Source of the DNA: Candidatus Norongarragalinales archaeon | GTDB taxonomy: Archaea > Micrarchaeota > Micrarchaeia > Norongarragalinales > Norongarragalinaceae | DNA: 64,000 bases | NCBI GenBank assembly: GCA_038884755.1 | Contig: JAWABJ010000001.1 | Span: 636,953-700,952 of the forward strand | Reading direction: 5' to 3' | Notes under the pieces: generated by a model | Databases searched by the model: none | Seen by the model: only the letters and a program-made list of their open reading frames with translations | Told to the model about the DNA's origin: nothing | In this document: piece after piece, positions 59,760 to 64,000 of the stretch | Layout of the letters: each line of letters begins with the position of its first letter | Numbering within the stretch: the first letter of the stretch is position 1 | Made by a program: the position numbers and the translations under genes

Positions 59760-61151
59760 TCACAACGCCTGCTCTAGTGGCGGGAGTTTCGCGAATGAAG
59801 GCATCGCGCTTTCGAACAAGGCGTAAACGCGCTCCAAATCCCCTCGCGTTTTGCCTTCGAACCTGGCGCTCAACAGAGGTTCGGTAAGCGAAGCGCGCAC
59901 CAGCCCCCACGCCTTTTCATCTTGATACTTTACGCCATCCGAAGTCAAAAGCCTTAACTTTCTCGCTTTCAAAGCCTTCTCTGCCTGTGCGACGGCCTCG
60001 AACTTGCGTGCACAAGGAATGCGCAGCTCGCGCGTCGCGTGATAGCGTTTTACGGTCGCCACAAGTTGCGATGCGCGTTTTCCGCTTTTGCGCAGGATTT
60101 CGCAGAATTTTGCGCTCGCAAAAATACCATCGTCAAAGCCGTTGTTGTCGGCAAAACAAACGTGCCCGGTAGTTTCACACGCGAAAACCGCGCCCTTGCG
60201 CATCGACTCGCGGACGGCAATGCGCCCCGCGTTCGTCTCAACCGCCTTTCCGCCGAGTTTTTCTATTTCCTCCCGCACCACCATCGAGCAGCGCAGTTCA
60301 AACCCCACCGAGCCACCCTTTTTTTTCGGAAGAACATCGCGGATGAACAGCACGTTTGCTTCGTCGCTTTTGATTACGCCTCCTCGCTCGTCTACGAAAA
60401 CCGCCCGGTCGCCGTCCCCGTCGAACGCCACGCCCAAATCGGCGTTCTCCGCAACAACGCGTTTTTGCAAATCGCGAACGTTCTCTGGCTTCGACGGGTC
60501 TGGCAAGTGGTTTGGAAAACGCCCGTCAGGCTCGCAGTACAAGGGAATTACTTTTGCACCGAGTTTTCGCAGCAAGCGCACTCCGACTTCGCCGACGACA
60601 CCGTTCCCACCGTCAACGACTATCTTCAAACCGCCAAGCTCGGAATTTTTCGACGCTGCAAAACGCAAGTATTCGTCCAAAACGTTTTTTCCGTGCACTT
60701 TGCCGTACGCAAGCCTCGGCTTTTCCGCGAACTTTTTCGACTCAAAAATTTTTTTTACCGCGAGCAACTGCCTCGAGCTCAACGGCCAGATGCCGGAAAG
60801 CATTTTCACGCCGTTGTACTGCGGGGGGTTGTGGGAAGCGGTTATAACTGCAGCCCCGTCGGTCTTCAGCGCGAAAGCTGCAAAGTAAGCGACCGGCGAA
60901 GGCACGACGCCCACTTCGAAAACAGTGCAGCCGGTGGAACGCAACCCCCCAACGAACGCCTTGAACAGCGAAGGCGACGAAAGCCGGTTGTCCCGCCCGC
61001 ACGCTAATCGCGGATTTCGGGTTTTGCCCGCGGCGGTTTCCTTGAGCATGAAAGTACCGAACGCCTTTCCCAAGTCCAAAGCCCGTTTTTCGTCGAAGTT
61101 TTCGCCGTAAACGCCGCGCACGTCGTAACCGCCGAAAATCCCTTCCACCAC
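59760..61151 (-). CDS. Phosphomannomutase/phosphoglucomutase
   Basis: YDVRG, TASHNP, DGDGDR, VRAS.TEP. Confidence 0.95.
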   Translation of the reverse strand: MVEGIFGGYDVRGVYGENFDEKRALDLGKAFGTFMLKETAAGKTRNPRLACGRDNRLSSPSLFKAFVGGLRSTGCTVFEVGVVPSPVAYFAAFALKTDGAAVITASHNPPQYNGVKMLSGIWPLSSRQLLAVKKIFESKKFAEKPRLAYGKVHGKNVLDEYLRFAASKNSELGGLKIVVDGGNGVVGEVGVRLLRKLGAKVIPLYCEPDGRFPNHLPDPSKPENVRDLQKRVVAENADLGVAFDGDGDRAVFVDERGGVIKSDEANVLFIRDVLPKKKGGSVGFELRCSMVVREEIEKLGGKAVETNAGRIAVRESMRKGAVFACETTGHVCFADNNGFDDGIFASAKFCEILRKSGKRASQLVATVKRYHATRELRIPCARKFEAVAQAEKALKARKLRLLTSDGVKYQDEKAWGLVRASLTEPLLSARFEGKTRGDLERVYALFESAMPSFAKLPPLEQAL

Positions 61152-61268
61152 AACACCTGCCGTAAGACTAAACGCGTCCTTTCTTAAAAACGCGTAAAAC
61201 TGTTTCACCCGCAACGATTAAAAAGGTAATACTTCGTAATACTTTCCTTCGTTTTTGGCGGGATTGTA

Positions 61269-61973
61269 ATGCTTACCAGAATCAGTCTTACCATGGAAAA
61301 AGAGCTGTTGGGGCGCATAGACGCGCTGGTCGACGGCGAAACCATGAAAAACCGCTCGCAAACGGTTTCCCTGCTCTTGCGCAACGCCTTGAAGGGCATG
61401 AGCGTGGGCAAGGCGCTCGTGCTTGCCGGAAAAAACAATTTCCTTTTAGATAAAATCCTCGGTTGGCTTAAGAAAAACGGGATTACCGAAGTGGTTATAG
61501 CAGTCGGGAAGGACGAGAACTTGAGAAGGAAGCTCGAAAGCTGGGAGAAGGGAATGAACAAGGAATATTCTTTCGACGAGAATAAAGGAACTGCGAACGC
61601 AATCAAGAAAGCAAAACACTTTTTGAAAGAACCGTTTTTGCTTTGCTATTCCGACGTGTTTTGCGAAGACTTGGTTTTGAAAGACTTGCTTTCGTTCCAC
61701 AACATACAGAAAGCCAAGTGCACGCTTGTTTTGACGTGGAGCAAGCAGCCGAGCAAGTACGGCGTCGCGAAAATGCTGGGCGCGAAAATAATCGACTTCG
61801 AGGAAAAGCCCTCCAGCGCCGAAGGGTTTTTGATAAACGCCGGCGTCGCAGTGTGCAATCCAGAAGTTTTCGACTCGCTCGAAGAGCCGAGCTTCGAGAA
61901 AAACGCCTTGCCCGCGATGGCCGCGCAGGGAAGCCTTTCTGGATACGTGTATTACGGAAAATGGGTTCACTGA
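61269..61973 (+). CDS. Ribbon-helix-helix domain fused to a sugar-phosphate nucleotidyltransferase-like domain
   Basis: RISLTM...IDALV...NRSQ, then KALVLAG, GTA.AI, YG, F.EKP, INAG. Confidence 0.8.
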   Translation: MLTRISLTMEKELLGRIDALVDGETMKNRSQTVSLLLRNALKGMSVGKALVLAGKNNFLLDKILGWLKKNGITEVVIAVGKDENLRRKLESWEKGMNKEYSFDENKGTANAIKKAKHFLKEPFLLCYSDVFCEDLVLKDLLSFHNIQKAKCTLVLTWSKQPSKYGVAKMLGAKIIDFEEKPSSAEGFLINAGVAVCNPEVFDSLEEPSFEKNALPAMAAQGSLSGYVYYGKWVH

Positions 61974-61999
61974 AAAAGCAGTAACGGGGTGGGAAAAAA

Positions 62000-63004
62000 A
62001 TGCCTTTGGTGCCGATGAAGCAGATTTTGGACGAAGCCGCGAAGGGAAAGTACGGTGTTCCGCACTTCAACGTCAACAACATGGAACAGGCGCAGGCGAT
62101 AATGCGGGCTGCGGATGAAGTTTCTTCTCCGGTAATAATGGCAGCCTCGCGTGGCGCGTTGAAATACACCGACTTGATTTTCATAAAACACCTGATGCTA
62201 GCATGCATAGAGAAATACCCGAAATTGCCCGTGTCAATGCACTTGGACCACGGCAACAACCTCGAATCCGTGAAAACCGCGATTTCGCTGGGCTTCACTT
62301 CCGTGATGATTGACGGCTCGCTCAAGGAAGACGCGAAAACCCCGACTTCGTTTGAAGAAAACGTGAGGGTAACGCGCGAGTGCGTGGACTACGCGCACAA
62401 GTTCGGCGTCACGGTAGAAGGAGAGTTGGGAACGCTCGGCGGGATAGAAGATGGCGTGGGTTCGGGGCAGGCGCGCTTGACCGACCCGGGACAGGTTAAA
62501 GAATTTTTGGAGCGCACGGGGGTTGACGCGTTGGCTGTCGCAATAGGCACTTCACACGGCGCTTACAAATTCAAGATCAAGCCCGACCCGGACAAGAATC
62601 TGCTCGCGATGGACGTCATCCGAAAAATCCACTCGCTATGCCCAGATTTGCACATGGTAATGCACGGTTCTTCATCAGTCCCACAAGAGCTTTTGGACGT
62701 GATCAACAAATACGGAGGAAAAATACCGCCCACGTACGGCGTTCCATTGTGGGCGATAAAGGAAGGCATTGCAGCGGGAGTGCGAAAGATAAACGTCGAC
62801 ACCGACTTGCGCCTGGCTTCTACCGGCGCCATAAGAAAATTCATGTGGGAAAATCCCGAGAAGTTTGACCCGCGCGAGTACTTGGGGCCGGCGAGGGAAG
62901 CCATGCAAGGGGTGGTGAGGGAAAGGTTTATCGCCTTTGGTTCTGCAGGACACGCGTTTGACTACTCTCCCGCTTCGCTGGAAGACATGAAAAAAATTTA
63001 CTAA
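62000..63004 (+). CDS. fba: Class II fructose-bisphosphate aldolase (bacterial type)
   Basis: HLDHG, SVMIDGS, EGELG, GTSHGAYK, HGSS, KINVDTD. Confidence 0.96.
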   Translation: MPLVPMKQILDEAAKGKYGVPHFNVNNMEQAQAIMRAADEVSSPVIMAASRGALKYTDLIFIKHLMLACIEKYPKLPVSMHLDHGNNLESVKTAISLGFTSVMIDGSLKEDAKTPTSFEENVRVTRECVDYAHKFGVTVEGELGTLGGIEDGVGSGQARLTDPGQVKEFLERTGVDALAVAIGTSHGAYKFKIKPDPDKNLLAMDVIRKIHSLCPDLHMVMHGSSSVPQELLDVINKYGGKIPPTYGVPLWAIKEGIAAGVRKINVDTDLRLASTGAIRKFMWENPEKFDPREYLGPAREAMQGVVRERFIAFGSAGHAFDYSPASLEDMKKIY

Positions 63005-63020
63005 GCGCAGGTGTTGAAAA

Positions 63021-63989
63021 ATGGTTGACAGGAACTTGTCTTTGGATTTCGTGCGCGTTACCGAAAGCGCTGCAATTGCCAGTGCGCGGTGGACGGGCTT
63101 GGGCGACAACCACGCTGCCGACAAGGCGGCTACCGAACACATGCGCGCGCGCTTGAACAACATAGATTTCAAAGGGAGGATAGTGATAGGTGAAGGCGAG
63201 AGGGATGAAGCGCCAATGCTTTACATTGGCGAAACAGTTGGGAACGGCAACGGCGGGGAGTTTGACTTGGCAGTCGACCCGTTGGAAGGAACAAACTTAG
63301 TTGCCAAAGGCTGGAGCAACGCTTCGAGCGTGCTGGCGGCTGGAAAGAAAGGGGGTTTGCTGCACGCGCCCGACACGTACATGGACAAAATAGCTTGCGG
63401 GCCGGAAGCCGCGGGAAAAGTAGATTTGGATTACGCGCCTGAAGAAAACATCCGCATAGTCGCCGAATCCCTGGGAAAAAAGAAGAACGAAGTGACGGTC
63501 GCGATGATGGACCGCGACAGGCATTTGGATTTGATGAAGAAAGTGCGCGGCGCTGGCGCGAAAATACGGCTTATTACCGACGGCGACCTTTCGGCCGCGC
63601 TTGCGACTGCAATGCCGGAGCACGGGATTGACTTGCTTTTGGGCATAGGCGGCGCGCCCGAAGGCGTGATTTCCGCCGCTGGAATGAAATGCCTTGGCGG
63701 GTGGTTTCAAGGGCGCTTGAAGTACAGGAACGAAGAGGAGAGAAAGCGCGGAGGGAAAATGGACATCGACGAAAGCAAGAAATTCTCGATGGAAGAACTG
63801 GCCAAGGGGGAAGTGCTTTTCGCAGCTACAGGCGTGACCGAAGGCTACATGCTCAAGGGCGTGCGTTTCGACGCAAAACACATTTACACTCACTCGCTGG
63901 TAATGCGTTCGAAAAGCAAGACTGTTAGGTTCATTGAAGCGCTGCACGACAGCGAAGTGCAAAGGGGCTTCGAAGGTGAAAAGAAATGA
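63021..63989 (+). CDS. glpX: Class II fructose-1,6-bisphosphatase
   Basis: RVTE.AA, IGEGERDEAPML, VDPLEGT, DGD, GGAPEG, ATGVT. Confidence 0.96.
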   Translation: MVDRNLSLDFVRVTESAAIASARWTGLGDNHAADKAATEHMRARLNNIDFKGRIVIGEGERDEAPMLYIGETVGNGNGGEFDLAVDPLEGTNLVAKGWSNASSVLAAGKKGGLLHAPDTYMDKIACGPEAAGKVDLDYAPEENIRIVAESLGKKKNEVTVAMMDRDRHLDLMKKVRGAGAKIRLITDGDLSAALATAMPEHGIDLLLGIGGAPEGVISAAGMKCLGGWFQGRLKYRNEEERKRGGKMDIDESKKFSMEELAKGEVLFAATGVTEGYMLKGVRFDAKHIYTHSLVMRSKSKTVRFIEALHDSEVQRGFEGEKK

Positions 63990-64000
63990 AAGCGGTGATA

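Overview
Chromosomal window of a small-genome archaeon, most likely DPANN (Micrarchaeota-like; inferred from gene content and divergent rRNA, not verified). It carries housekeeping clusters: aIF2-gamma/adk/Rpo7/Spt4/S24e/S27ae, KEOPS (Kae1-Sua5-Bud32), Hel308, SecDF, AspRS/MetRS/AlaRS, thermosome, carAB-pyrI, a Tad-like pilus locus, lipid/glycosylation genes, and FBA-II/GlpX. It also has nine tRNAs (five intron-containing), RNase P RNA, a small restriction-modification/DGQHR island, and a minus-strand 16S-tRNA(Ala)-23S operon with nine introns (two group I, seven bulge-helix-bulge [BHB] type; three encode LAGLIDADG endonucleases). Main signals: (1) one family of short pyrimidine/purine-tract hairpin elements recurs as BHB mini-introns in tRNAs, 16S and 23S, possibly in RNase P RNA, and as free copies beside tRNAs; (2) one 17-bp ORB-like box (CACTGGAAAGSYACTCT) sits just upstream of the TATA box of hel308, the DNA methyltransferase and both BHB-intron homing endonuclease genes; (3) a secreted peptide that is 50% tyrosine, next to carS/archaeosortase; (4) a stand-alone 8-codon MAKRRRRR micro-ORF. 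E. coli-equivalent rRNA positions were counted by hand and are approximate.
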